From assembly GCA_027064065.1 (NCBI GenBank), contig JAMOQJ010000012.1:19-64018 (forward strand): a DNA stretch of 64,000 bases, read 5' to 3'. The translations under genes were made by a program, and so were the position numbers. The DNA is from Desulfurellales bacterium (GTDB lineage Bacteria; Campylobacterota_A; Desulfurellia; Desulfurellales; Hippeaceae). The notes beneath the pieces are model-generated. The model made no database searches, had not been told where the DNA came from, and worked only from the letters and a program-made list of their open reading frames with translations. This document shows positions 63,999 to 64,000 of the stretch, piece by piece; positions within the stretch are counted from its first letter, which is position 1, and every line of letters begins with the position of its first letter.

Positions 63999-64000
63999 CT

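Noticed and set aside
1-64000. Scan for CRISPR arrays, rRNA genes, transposases, integrases and long direct or tandem repeats.
   Set aside because: None was seen by eye. The only repeats found are the short inverted repeats and half-site arrays listed above, and a duplicated ATCCACCC octamer near 63325.

Overview
This is an AT-rich, densely coding chromosomal window from a diderm, LPS-making, probably anaerobic bacterium. I cannot name the organism from sequence alone. Most of it is core housekeeping:
- fabD-fabG-acpP-fabF (1-2966), followed by glycolysis genes pgi and fba.
- An orphan gene plus a divergent EF-G paralogue (7868-10526).
- Two tandem asd-family genes (11014-13057).
- The pth-ctc-prs-tRNA(Gln)-spoVG-ispE block, then a deaminase/phosphorylase pair, and typA.
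- A TAXI-type TRAP transporter (22623-25754).
- A 15.8 kb co-directional minus-strand array (41934 down to 26171): rpmE, a TusA-like gene, tRNA-Arg, a DUF721 gene, bamD, hsp20, lon, lolCE, lolD, bamA, skp, lpxD, fabZ, lpxA, lpxB, a DUF374 gene, lpxK and msbA.
- moeA and pta-ackA, then a TetR-controlled RND efflux operon.
- rpsF-ssb-rpsR-rplI-dnaB-uvrA, then a Fur-family regulator.
- A cobalamin-riboswitch-controlled nrdD/nrdG locus, followed by a decayed accessory patch (62.5-64 kb) holding hicB, a frameshifted hicA and an ATPase remnant.

The most unusual point is that the class III ribonucleotide reductase appears to be encoded in two pieces. The glycyl-radical loop sits on a separate 58-aa ORF (61623-61799) that is below the ORF-track cut-off. 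This ORF has its own Shine-Dalgarno and is overlap-coupled to both nrdD and nrdG.

Other items worth a second look:
- An EF-G paralogue with the catalytic His replaced (DTPGY) and NKxD changed to NGLD.
- A second asd paralogue that keeps the Cys/His but appears to have lost both substrate-binding Arg positions.
- Two promoter-to-terminator units that may be small RNAs.
- A tRNA embedded in an operon, overlapped by one CDS and ending 3 nt from the next start.
- A perfect 15-5-15 palindrome in a divergent promoter region.

No CRISPR array, rRNA, intact transposase or integrase was seen. All calls come from reading the translations and the DNA by eye; no searches were run.
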